IMG/VR virus record: IMGVR_UViG_3300020044_004943
Location: 1-24,377 of that record
Length of the DNA stretch: 24,377 nucleotides
Strand: one strand, 5' to 3'
DNA from: a virus
Lineage: Duplodnaviria; Caudoviricetes
Of this stretch, positions 1-7,013 are shown one piece after another; the stretch's first letter is position 1; every line of letters starts with the position of its first letter. A program made the translations under genes and the position numbers. Under the pieces are notes generated by a model. The model was given only the letters and a program-made list of their open reading frames with translations. It was not told where the DNA came from and searched no databases.

Positions 1-316
1 GGAATGATGCAGACTCAAACACAATCTGGTGGTCTGCTAGGTCAGCGGCTGCTTCTACAGCCTTTGCTGCCTTAGCCAACTGTCCAGCCTTGCTGGCGAG
101 GTTGGTCTGCTTGAAAGCCTCAAAGTCATCCTGAGAGATTCCCTCTGGTGCGGTAGCGGCTAGAGCAATCTCATAGCCCTTCTGGCCGCGCTCAAATGCT
201 GCGCGGATAGCGCCAGCGGTGCGGCCATCAATGGCAGCGAACTCATAGCGCTGCTTGTGCGCGGTGTGAATCGCTACGGTCTTACCGTTGTAAATTGCGA
301 TGTTCTTGATGCTCAT
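1..316 (-). CDS. Hypothetical protein (3' end outside window), cassette gene 1
   Basis: ATG at 316 preceded by SD AAAGGGGAA; frame open to the window edge (MSIKNIAIYNGKTVAIHTAHKQRYEFAAIDG...). Not in the ORF track. Confidence 0.8.
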   Translation of the reverse strand, partial: MSIKNIAIYNGKTVAIHTAHKQRYEFAAIDGRTAGAIRAAFERGQKGYEIALAATAPEGISQDDFEAFKQTNLASKAGQLAKAAKAVEAAADLADHQIVFESASF

Positions 317-424
317 TTTATTCCCCTTTGTTTTCAGCCTCTTTGGCTGATGTAATCAGTGTAGCAGAGTTTCAAGGGGAGATGTGACACATTTACAACA
401 ATTTATTTACTACATTTCGGTAAC
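317..424 (-). promoter_or_regulatory. Cassette promoter/leader, copy 1
   Basis: Minus strand TGC-TACACT-gattac-A-TCAGCC-aaaga-GGCTGA-AAAC then SD; same layout as at 2341-2450 and 13668-13779. Confidence 0.7.
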
Positions 425-811
425 GGAAACTTGCACCAAATCAACCAGGCCATAAGACTTGCGAGCGCGCAACTCCACCACCTGTGCATCATCACGCCAC
501 ACCACACCAGTGAGCGCATCCAAAATCGCGCGACAGGTCTTGTCAATGTCAGGCTTAGTGGTCATGTGAGTGCGCTTCACAGTCTTGCCAGGCACAAACT
601 GAAACAACAACTCAACACACACCGGGCCCTCAATCAGGCTCATGTCTTGCACATCCAACATGGCCTCTTTGGCCGCAAGCGCGACAACCGAGCGCCAAGG
701 CTTCAACCCCTTAGAGGCCTCCACCAAAACAACTCGGTTGCCGGACTTAAAAGCATTCTTAGACCCCTGCGGCAGTGGCCTGCCAAAAGCAGTGAATCTA
801 ATCTCGCGCAT
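410..811 (-). CDS. rusA: RusA-family Holliday junction resolvase
   Basis: PLPQGSK N-terminal motif and KPDIDK..RAILDAL..VWRDDAQVV catalytic signature. Confidence 0.93.
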   Translation of the reverse strand: MREIRFTAFGRPLPQGSKNAFKSGNRVVLVEASKGLKPWRSVVALAAKEAMLDVQDMSLIEGPVCVELLFQFVPGKTVKRTHMTTKPDIDKTCRAILDALTGVVWRDDAQVVELRARKSYGLVDLVQVSVTEM

Positions 812-813
812 CC

Positions 814-1167
814 CTAAAAGGGCATCTCATCAATGATTGCAGCAGCAGACTGAACAGGCTGGGCAGTGTTGCCGCTCGGAGTAAACACAGTGCCATTGAT
901 AGACACCTTCACCGACTGACCAGGCACACCATCACGGTTCAACTTCGGAGACCCATCCGGGTTAGTCCAATTATCAATCACAGCCGACAAAGTGCCAGAG
1001 AAAGTTCCCTCAGCGCCCTCACGGAAATCAACCGGGGCCTCAAACCAAGCAGTGTATTTGCGAGTGATAGTTGCCCCATCCTTGCCCTTAGCAAACTCGG
1101 TAACCTCAACACCCTTGTCACCAAAGAAAAGGCGAGTAGCAGTGCCCTGAACCTCGATGCGCGCCAT
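814..1167 (-). CDS. ssb: Single-stranded DNA-binding protein (phage type)
   Basis: 117 aa beta-rich protein ending in the acidic DEMPF tail typical of SSBs; located in the recombination module. Confidence 0.75.
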   Translation of the reverse strand: MARIEVQGTATRLFFGDKGVEVTEFAKGKDGATITRKYTAWFEAPVDFREGAEGTFSGTLSAVIDNWTNPDGSPKLNRDGVPGQSVKVSINGTVFTPSGNTAQPVQSAAAIIDEMPF

Positions 1168-1283
1168 TAGAAGCCACCTCGAACAATCGGACCAGTAGGC
1201 AGATTAGCAGCCTTCTTAGCCTTGCGAGCAGCAGCCTTCGCCTTATGCGTAGGCCACAAAATGCGGTTAGATGATTGAGCCAT
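1167..1283 (-). CDS. 38-aa basic Lys/Ala-rich peptide
   Basis: SD AGAAAGGGAA, ATG at 1283, MAQSSNRILWPTHKAKAAARKAKKAANLPTGPIVRGGF; stop overlaps the ssb start (TAATG). Below the ORF-track cutoff. Confidence 0.75.
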   Translation of the reverse strand: MAQSSNRILWPTHKAKAAARKAKKAANLPTGPIVRGGF

Positions 1284-1313
1284 TAGATTCCCTTTCTAGA
1301 GAAGTTAGTTGTG

Positions 1314-1583
1314 TCAACTGTAAGACCTATGGCTAAGTTCCACACAGTCGCGATGCTGGCAAATAGTTTCACCAAGTAAAGCATGCCCATTAATCAGCGG
1401 ATTGTCAAACTCATCAAACTCAGTGCCAGGCAGGCAAGGCTTCCGGTGACCATACCCAATACTCTTCGCAGGCCGCATCCGACAAGACGCACACAACACA
1501 TCAGACCGCCCACGCTTATCCGGCCCAGCCAACCACACCAAACCACACCTAGCACACCGTGCCTTATCCTCAAACCAATCCAC
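1314..1583 (-). CDS. Cys-rich putative zinc-binding protein
   Basis: CARC, CASC and CQHRDCVELSH motifs; GTG start 6 nt after a TAGGCT -10 hexamer (leaderless layout). Confidence 0.75.
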   Translation of the reverse strand: MDWFEDKARCARCGLVWLAGPDKRGRSDVLCASCRMRPAKSIGYGHRKPCLPGTEFDEFDNPLINGHALLGETICQHRDCVELSHRSYS

Positions 1584-1589
1584 ACACCC

Positions 1590-2034
1590 AGCCTAGCGGT
1601 TCTGTAGCAGATTTGTATACCAGACCTGCCTAAGGGTTCTGGAGGGGAAGAGAATGGCCTAATGCAACCACTCTCAAACCTGCCCAGTGGGACTATCGGG
1701 GTTTTGATTCATGGGTGAGGTCTTGCGATGCTCACAGTCTGCGCCAGAACAAACAGCCACAAGGCACCCAGGCAGACTCTATTGGATGCGCCGCTCATTC
1801 TCTGTTGTTCTCTCAACAACTCTTGCCCTAATCTACCGCTTCACCTATTTGTAGGGCGCGCGAAATCGGCAGCATATGACGCTCGATAACCGGCCGGGTG
1901 AGGGTCGGGAAGTTGAATTAGTGTCAGCCTAACGGGCTCGGCCCTCTGACAACCTGCTACACTTAATCTTGCTTGGTTAAGTTTCACAGGATTCCCCCAG
2001 AGTTGTTGGCTGGGGGATTTCTCTTTATTAAGTT
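1590..2034 (-). ncRNA. Candidate ~450-nt structured non-coding RNA or replication-origin element
   Basis: Longest non-coding gap in the window; about 10 stems found by eye, including a long-range 8-bp helix, a GCAA tetraloop and minus-strand G-U extensions; promoter directly upstream at 2041-2062. Confidence 0.5.
1955..2029 (+). ncRNA. Candidate short antisense RNA with extended -10 promoter and intrinsic terminator
   Basis: Plus-strand TGCTACACT at 1955-1963; hairpin TCCCCCAG (1993-2000)/CTGGGGGA (2010-2017) followed by TTTCTCTTT. Confidence 0.35.
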
Positions 2035-2040
2035 GATGCC

Positions 2041-2063
2041 ACTGTAGCACACAATTCAGACAC
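2041..2063 (-). promoter_or_regulatory. TGTCTG-N10-TACAGT promoter
   Basis: Same motif and spacing as at 5051-5072 and 17966-17987; also has the extended -10 TG. Confidence 0.65.
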
Positions 2064-2076
2064 TGATGCAACAAGC

Positions 2077-2104
2077 AAAGAAAACCCCGGCCGTAGCCGG
2101 AGAA
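2077..2104 (-). terminator. Intrinsic terminator after cassette gene 2
   Basis: CTCCGGC-TACG-GCCGGGG-TTTTCTTT (UNCG loop and U tract). Confidence 0.85.
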
Positions 2105-2124
2105 TCTTGTAAGTCTGTGGCCTG

Positions 2125-2340
2125 TTAGGCGGCACGCATCCCGACTAGTTCCCAGAGGCCAAGAGTATATTCATTGGTGCCATCAGTGACGGTCAAGTAT
2201 GTGGCAGGGTTTGCCATGTCATCGAAGCGAATGCGCTCGCGCTCGGTCACGGTGTAAGTGATTCCGTTGCCTCCAACAAACTCAAAGCCTGGCTGGATGA
2301 TGTCGCTGTTTACTTTTTCGCCTGGGTTGTAAGTGGTCAT
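2125..2340 (-). CDS. Hypothetical protein, cassette gene 2
   Basis: 71 aa, SD AGGAGA, own promoter and terminator. Confidence 0.85.
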   Translation of the reverse strand: MTTYNPGEKVNSDIIQPGFEFVGGNGITYTVTERERIRFDDMANPATYLTVTDGTNEYTLGLWELVGMRAA

Positions 2341-2450
2341 TTTGTATCTCCTAGTTTTCAGTGGTTGTTGCTGATGTATTTACTGTAGCACAAGTATCAC
2401 CCAATAAGTGACCAAATCACCAAAAAACTTTTTTGTTACCTAACCGTTAT
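2341..2450 (-). promoter_or_regulatory. Cassette promoter/leader, copy 2
   Basis: GTTAC-N6-GTTAT box (2435-2450, plus reading); TGC-TACAGT-aaatac-A-TCAG-caacaacca-CTGA-AAAC; SD. Confidence 0.75.
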
Positions 2451-2779
2451 TTATCAGACAAGTAGGCGCTGCGCTCATAGAAGTCATCCAGCAGATACCA
2501 CCTGCCCTCGGTCGCATACCAGACCGGCTCAAAATCGGGGTCTTGCCAGCGGTCAATCTTCCAACCATTCTGCCTCGCATAGTCAGCCACCTCAGCATCC
2601 GACTCAATGCGGCTGTTTAGGTCCGAGCACAACACAATGATGTTAGCCGGCCGGTTCAGCATTTTAGAGCCACCCATGCCACGGCCAGCGCGGTGTTGCG
2701 GTGACAAGCGCTCAGTCTCCCCACAGTGGATGCAGCACCCATCACGCCGCAGATACTTGGCCCACTCTCGGCTATTCAT
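2447..2779 (-). CDS. HNH-like endonuclease family protein
   Basis: RDGCCIHCG...HRAGRGMGGS...NIIVLC pattern; start placed at ATG 2779 (MNSREW), overlapping the upstream small ORF. Confidence 0.75.
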   Translation of the reverse strand: MNSREWAKYLRRDGCCIHCGETERLSPQHRAGRGMGGSKMLNRPANIIVLCSDLNSRIESDAEVADYARQNGWKIDRWQDPDFEPVWYATEGRWYLLDDFYERSAYLSDK

Positions 2780-2906
2780 TCCAGTCATCCTGGTAATACT
2801 CCATGAACTGCATCTCAATCCAAAACAGCACCGTAAACCAAAAGCCGGTAGTGAACGCGGCCACAAGCGCGATGAGTGACAACATCCACAACAACAACAC
2901 CCACAT
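2772..2906 (-). CDS. 44-aa small membrane protein
   Basis: MWVLLLWMLSLIALVAAFTTGFWFTVLFWIEMQFMEYYQDDWNE; TGATG coupling to the upstream gene; fills the gap. Not in the ORF track. Confidence 0.65.
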   Translation of the reverse strand: MWVLLLWMLSLIALVAAFTTGFWFTVLFWIEMQFMEYYQDDWNE

Positions 2907-3241
2907 CAGCGCAACACCTTCAACTCAGTCTCAATCATTCTGGCAGCGGTCTGGGTTGACATCTGCTGTAACTCCAACTGCTTCAGTTTGGTCTTGACCC
3001 GGTTATAGGTTGCCTTGGCCAGGTCTGCCTCTAGCCGGGCATCAGCGGCCTGTAACCGTGAGATGGCTGTTCGGTCAGCCACAGTTCCCTGCGCATTAAT
3101 AAAAGCCAACTGGAGGGTTTTCTCATAGTGCGCCTCAGCATCAGCAAGTTTGCACTCAGAGTCATACAGCACCCCGAGGCCGCGACTCATCTCAGCCGAA
3201 ATGTCTTGGAGGCTCTGGATTATTTGGCTTGGCGTATTCAC
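2906..3241 (-). CDS. Helical/coiled-coil hypothetical protein
   Basis: 111 aa, heptad-like Ala/Leu/Glu/Lys-rich sequence in the recombination operon. Confidence 0.8.
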   Translation of the reverse strand: MNTPSQIIQSLQDISAEMSRGLGVLYDSECKLADAEAHYEKTLQLAFINAQGTVADRTAISRLQAADARLEADLAKATYNRVKTKLKQLELQQMSTQTAARMIETELKVLR

Positions 3242-3392
3242 AGCGGTCTACTCTCAGTGCTCGGTCAAACAGTAGTGGCTTGAGGCCCTCAGCGGAGTTG
3301 AGTTGGCCATCAGCGAGCAACTCACTGTGCAACTCCTTGAGTTCCAGCAGGCTTGCCCACAGAATCGCCCTGTCCACCGGCAGCATTTCCAT
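3192..3392 (-). CDS. Small hypothetical protein overlapping both neighbours
   Basis: MEMLPVDRAILWASLLELKELHSELLAD...; amphipathic helix covering the 3242-3321 gap; start uncertain (3392 or 3386). Confidence 0.45.
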   Translation of the reverse strand: MEMLPVDRAILWASLLELKELHSELLADGQLNSAEGLKPLLFDRALRVDRCEYAKPNNPEPPRHFG

Positions 3393-3936
3393 AGGCCTTG
3401 ATTCTCTCCAGTATCTCTTTCGGCGCTCTAGCCGCCACTGCTTCTGAGTATAGTTTGCGCAGACCCTCAACATCATAGACAAGCGCCTTCGCCTCAGCCT
3501 CGCCTGCAAAGTCGCGGCTGGCCTCATAGGTGAAAGAGTCAGGGTCAGGCTCATCAGTTGGCAGAGCAAGCACCTGCAAAAGGAAAGACCTGAGAGCAAC
3601 ACTCATCGCTTTCGCTGTGGCCTTATCGCCAGAGTCAAAAGCCTCAGCCTGCACTGAGCCGGTGATAGGTTCACCGTCAAGGCCATAGATACCGAACTGC
3701 ACAGTCAGATGACAGACATTGATAGCCGAGCCCTTAGCGGTCAGAGCAGTTGAGTGAGTTGCCTCTTTAATCTCTGGCAAGATAAAGCCGCCAGCATTAC
3801 GCAACGCCGGGCCCACCTTATTCATCACAGCATCAATGCCACGGAAGTTAAACCCCTGAGCAGAGTTGCGGTCACGCTTCGCCACACCCTGCACCTCTTG
3901 CATGACGGCCAGAATGACCTCTCTCGCAGTAGCCAT
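3322..3936 (-). CDS. erf: ERF-family single-strand annealing protein
   Basis: AKRDRNSAQGFNFRGIDAV and DSGDKATAKAMSVALR..L.LPTDEPDPD motifs; next to the YqaJ exonuclease. Confidence 0.88.
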   Translation of the reverse strand: MATAREVILAVMQEVQGVAKRDRNSAQGFNFRGIDAVMNKVGPALRNAGGFILPEIKEATHSTALTAKGSAINVCHLTVQFGIYGLDGEPITGSVQAEAFDSGDKATAKAMSVALRSFLLQVLALPTDEPDPDSFTYEASRDFAGEAEAKALVYDVEGLRKLYSEAVAARAPKEILERIKAYGNAAGGQGDSVGKPAGTQGVAQ

Positions 3937-4127
3937 TAGTTTGTGCCCTTCTCAATCTGTGCCTCATCTGAGTAGATGGTCGCAGACAGTCCAGCAATCT
4001 GCACCCAAAAAACATCAGGCTTGTCGCGCACATCACCAACAGCAGTGACAATGCCCTGCACTCCGGTGATGCCGTAGCGGTCTGTGTGGATTGATACAAA
4101 AACCAAATCCCCTAGCAGTATGTTCAT
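3936..4127 (-). CDS. Small hypothetical protein (beta-rich)
   Basis: 63 aa, coupled to both neighbours, SD GAAAGGGAA. Confidence 0.75.
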   Translation of the reverse strand: MNILLGDLVFVSIHTDRYGITGVQGIVTAVGDVRDKPDVFWVQIAGLSATIYSDEAQIEKGTN

Positions 4128-5029
4128 TTCTTCCCTTTCTCAACAGTCACATAAGGTGCGCCTGTTCCTCGCTGCTGCCTCTTAGCAACAACAAACTTCT
4201 CACCGTCAACCTCGATGTAAGCAGTCTTAGCCTTGCCCATCTGGTCAATGGTGCGACTCTTCAACTCGGTCAAGGACACAGACAACTCATCTATCTGTGT
4301 AGCGATGTTCACTAAATCTATACCAAGCAATTCTGCAATCTCAACTTCACTGCCATCAATCTCCGGGTTGACTTTTCGCACAGCCTCAAGTGTTGAGGTT
4401 GCGCCATCGAACTCAGGAGGGCGATTGGTTAGAACTCGGTCATGGAAATCACTGACCTTCTCCCAGATGTAGTCTGCCTCAAACTGGTCAAACTCAATCG
4501 GAAACTCTAGATAACTTGAGCCAGCCAGAGCGACTATAAAACCCTGCCGAAAGCCTGTCACATTGAAGTAGTGAAACAACTGCGCTCGATACCCAATAGG
4601 AGGTTCACTGGCCCAGTAGTCGCGGCTGAACTTGATTTCTACAATGCCCCACTCGCCAGTTTCACGGACTCGGTAGACCGCATCCATGTTGGCATGACAC
4701 CATTCATGAGTGCTAGAGGCATAAGTGCCAACTGTGAAAACCTCGAGTTCAGGATGTTCCTCGGCAAAGATTTCCAGAATAGGAGACTCTAGTTTTGTGC
4801 CAAGCCGCATTGACATTGAGGGCTCAACCCGGTCATCAATCTGTCCAGTCGCTTTATAGAATCGCGCCAATGGACTTTCCCAAGGCGAGAAGCCACAGAT
4901 AGCGGCAACCTGAGAACCACCGATTGCGCCAAGTTGATTGCGCAGTTGATGCCATCCATCTGAGCCGTTCTCAAAATCGCCAATAAGCAAAGCATTGCCG
5001 AGAGTCTCGGCTGTTAAGTGTTGAATCAT
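4124..5029 (-). CDS. YqaJ-like (lambda exonuclease family) recombination exonuclease
   Basis: IGGS.VAAI.G.SPW, G..LE, ANMDA, VEIK and Y.AQ motifs; start ATG 5029 after SD GAAAGGGAA, ATGA overlap with the HNH stop. Confidence 0.92.
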   Translation of the reverse strand: MIQHLTAETLGNALLIGDFENGSDGWHQLRNQLGAIGGSQVAAICGFSPWESPLARFYKATGQIDDRVEPSMSMRLGTKLESPILEIFAEEHPELEVFTVGTYASSTHEWCHANMDAVYRVRETGEWGIVEIKFSRDYWASEPPIGYRAQLFHYFNVTGFRQGFIVALAGSSYLEFPIEFDQFEADYIWEKVSDFHDRVLTNRPPEFDGATSTLEAVRKVNPEIDGSEVEIAELLGIDLVNIATQIDELSVSLTELKSRTIDQMGKAKTAYIEVDGEKFVVAKRQQRGTGAPYVTVEKGKK

Positions 5030-5610
5030 TTTTCCCTTTCGACTGGCTTCAGTATAGAGCGAGGGCCAGACATTCCTAATCTCCATTCCATAATGAACCG
5101 TGCCCTTTTGTGATTGTTGCATTTAGCGCAGGCAGCAACCAAGTTACCTATGCTATGCCGGCCCCCTCTTGCAATTGGAATCACATGGTCAATTTGTATA
5201 GAGGTTCGGCTACCGCAATAGAAACAATTGCTCTTGTAGAGTCTCTGTTTCTCTTTATTGGTGACTGCAAAGATTCCGTTATTGACCGCCCTGGCTCTGC
5301 GCCTCGCGCCGCGTTCTCTGGCTTTGGCAGGGTTAGCCAGTGACCACTCCTTAAATAGTCTTTTCACTTGTTCAGGGTGCGCATCTCGATAGGCTTTTGC
5401 TCTTGCCTTGTGCAATTCAGGATTGGCCCTGTAGGCTGCTCGCCTTTGCGCTGCAAGTTGCGGCCTATACTTCTGGCGGTTGATGGCATTTATCTGCCTA
5501 TGACATTCCTTGCACCAACTAAAAAGCCGGTCTGCATTGGTTTGATGCTTGTGATACATCTCCAGTGACAAAGTTTGACCGCATTTAGAGCAGGTCTTAT
5601 ACTGATTCAA
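5026..5610 (-). CDS. Free-standing HNH homing-type endonuclease
   Basis: N-terminal CSKC...CKEC zinc motif, basic helical linker, C-terminal CFYCG..IDHVIPIARGGRHSIGNLVAACAKCN; TTG 5610 follows SD GGAAGGAAG. Confidence 0.9.
   Translation of the reverse strand: MNQYKTCSKCGQTLSLEMYHKHQTNADRLFSWCKECHRQINAINRQKYRPQLAAQRRAAYRANPELHKARAKAYRDAHPEQVKRLFKEWSLANPAKARERGARRRARAVNNGIFAVTNKEKQRLYKSNCFYCGSRTSIQIDHVIPIARGGRHSIGNLVAACAKCNNHKRARFIMEWRLGMSGPRSILKPVEREK
5051..5072 (-). promoter_or_regulatory. TGTCTG-N10-TATACT promoter for the recombination operon, inside the HNH 3' end
   Basis: Exact motif and spacing repeat; lies 21 nt upstream of the exonuclease ATG. Confidence 0.65.
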
Positions 5611-5696
5611 TCGGACTTCCTTCCGGTCATGCCCCAGGCGATTCACAGTCGCGCTGGGGTTTTACTATTTTGAGTCTAGCAGGCTAGGCTGGGCTC
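5611..5696. promoter_or_regulatory. Back-to-back promoters (HNH and whiB) and structured HNH leader
   Basis: Minus TGC-TAGACT (hexamer 5673-5678); plus TAGGCT (5685-5690) 6 nt before the whiB ATG; hairpins at 5632-5659 and 5612-5625. Confidence 0.6.
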
Positions 5697-6005
5697 ATGC
5701 AGATTTTCTCATTCAACAGCGCAGATGCCAGTGATGCCTACCTCGAACTGATGGCAGGCATCCGCAACAATGATGGTGTTGAGTGCGCACAGTTTCCAGA
5801 CATCTTCTTTCCCCATGATTGGGAGTTAGGCACACAGTCGAACAGCCTGCTGGCTAAACAGATTTGTGAGCGGTGCCCGGTCAAGATGTTATGCCTCGAG
5901 TATGCGATGATAGCCGAAGATGAGGCTGGCACCTGGGGCGGCCTTACAGCCTCCGAGCGCAGACAACTGAGGCAACTGTCGCGCCTCGGTTCTAATCCTT
6001 CTTAG
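5697..6005 (+). CDS. whiB: WhiB-family transcription factor
   Basis: Four cysteines (C..PDIFFP..AKQICERCPVKMLC) and GTWGGLT.SER motif. Confidence 0.95.
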   Translation: MQIFSFNSADASDAYLELMAGIRNNDGVECAQFPDIFFPHDWELGTQSNSLLAKQICERCPVKMLCLEYAMIAEDEAGTWGGLTASERRQLRQLSRLGSNPS

Positions 6006-6270
6006 CGGCTTCCTGAGCCTTCTGCACAGCATCCTGTGAGGCCTTAGCAACAGTCGAGCGAGACACTGAGCCGGTAGTAGCAATGGCGTAACCAATCGCA
6101 CCGATGACACCAAGCATCAGAGTGGACCATGCGATAACAACACCATTGAGCCATGAGCCTGTAACTACTGCACCAACACCTGCTGATGCGCCGAGGATGA
6201 AAAGGAACAGACCAAAACCGCGCCACAACAGTTCGGCAACAACAGCCCAAACCTGTTTCACGCGCTTCAC
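5992..6270 (-). CDS. Putative holin / membrane protein
   Basis: Two long hydrophobic segments and a charged C-terminus; directly after the endolysin (GTGA overlap). Confidence 0.65.
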   Translation of the reverse strand: MKRVKQVWAVVAELLWRGFGLFLFILGASAGVGAVVTGSWLNGVVIAWSTLMLGVIGAIGYAIATTGSVSRSTVAKASQDAVQKAQEAAKKD

Positions 6271-6776
6271 TTGCCAGCCGCCAATGCATCCTTGACAGCC
6301 TTACGGCCAGCCTTGCTAATATCAATCAACTTGAACAGGTCACGCTTAGCCTCAAGACCCTGCGAGCCCGGAACCGGATTCTTAGCCATCGAAGCATGCA
6401 AATGGTTAGCACCAGATGCTGACAGGCTAGAGCCAGTAGCACCAATCAGACCAATGACAAAGTTACCTCCAGTGACCTTCTGGCCCACAGTCAACTTAGG
6501 CTTAGCCATCATGTGATTATACTCGATGTGCTCGCCAACAAACTTGCAGTTATCGGCACACTCAATGCGCACAATGGCGGTCCAACCCAGGGCCGGGTTG
6601 TTAGTCACAGCAGTGACAACACCGGCATGGATGGCAAGAATCTCTTTGCCCTCAGAGCCACCCTTGAAGCCCCAGTCACAACCCTTGTGAGGGGATGAGC
6701 GGTAGGGCGCAGTGTTGCCAAGTTCATCGCGGCGTTCCCAACCTGGACCCTTGACAGGTTCAAAAAAACACTTCAT
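6267..6776 (-). CDS. M23-family peptidase, putative endolysin
   Basis: HKGCD (HxxxD), YNHM and NHLH (HxH) zinc motifs; position after the tail genes. Confidence 0.88.
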   Translation of the reverse strand: MKCFFEPVKGPGWERRDELGNTAPYRSSPHKGCDWGFKGGSEGKEILAIHAGVVTAVTNNPALGWTAIVRIECADNCKFVGEHIEYNHMMAKPKLTVGQKVTGGNFVIGLIGATGSSLSASGANHLHASMAKNPVPGSQGLEAKRDLFKLIDISKAGRKAVKDALAAGK

Positions 6777-6778
6777 GA

Positions 6779-6982
6779 CTAGGCACCAATCGCTTTGTTA
6801 ATCAGCGCAATAATGGTCGCTGTCATCGCCGCAGTGACCACACCGAGCAACATTGCGTAACCCTCAATCTTGCGCACACGGCGCTCAAGTTCCGCATAGT
6901 TTTTGACAGTTGCTTTTATTTCAGCAATATCTTCAACAATGCGCATCAGCAAATCTGATGTGGTTGCTTTAGGTTCAGTCAC
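6779..6982 (-). CDS. Small coiled-coil plus transmembrane protein (lysis region)
   Basis: 67 aa; N-terminal heptads and a C-terminal hydrophobic helix. Confidence 0.75.
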   Translation of the reverse strand: MTEPKATTSDLLMRIVEDIAEIKATVKNYAELERRVRKIEGYAMLLGVVTAAMTATIIALINKAIGA

Positions 6983-7013
6983 GGTGGCCCCCGGTGTAGT
7001 AGTTATCTAGTAT

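Noticed and set aside
1590-2034. Group I/II intron, tmRNA, RNase P RNA or tRNA identity for the structured element
   Set aside because: It does not interrupt a gene, and I could not find the hallmark motifs of these families by eye. An Rfam scan is needed to exclude them properly.
1841-2074. 77-aa minus-strand ORF in the structured region
   Set aside because: Its start lies upstream of the predicted promoter and abuts the terminator tail; no SD and no protein-like features.
5030-5122. Longer N-terminus of the exonuclease given in the ORF track
   Set aside because: It overlaps the HNH catalytic region; ATG 5029 has an SD, a promoter and ATGA coupling. The extended starts at 2866, 3602, 5646 and 18003 were rejected on similar grounds.
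5026-5660. RNA-guided IscB/HEARO-type system from HNH plus structured leader
   Set aside because: No RuvC motifs in the protein, and the leader is only about 55 nt, far shorter than omega RNAs.
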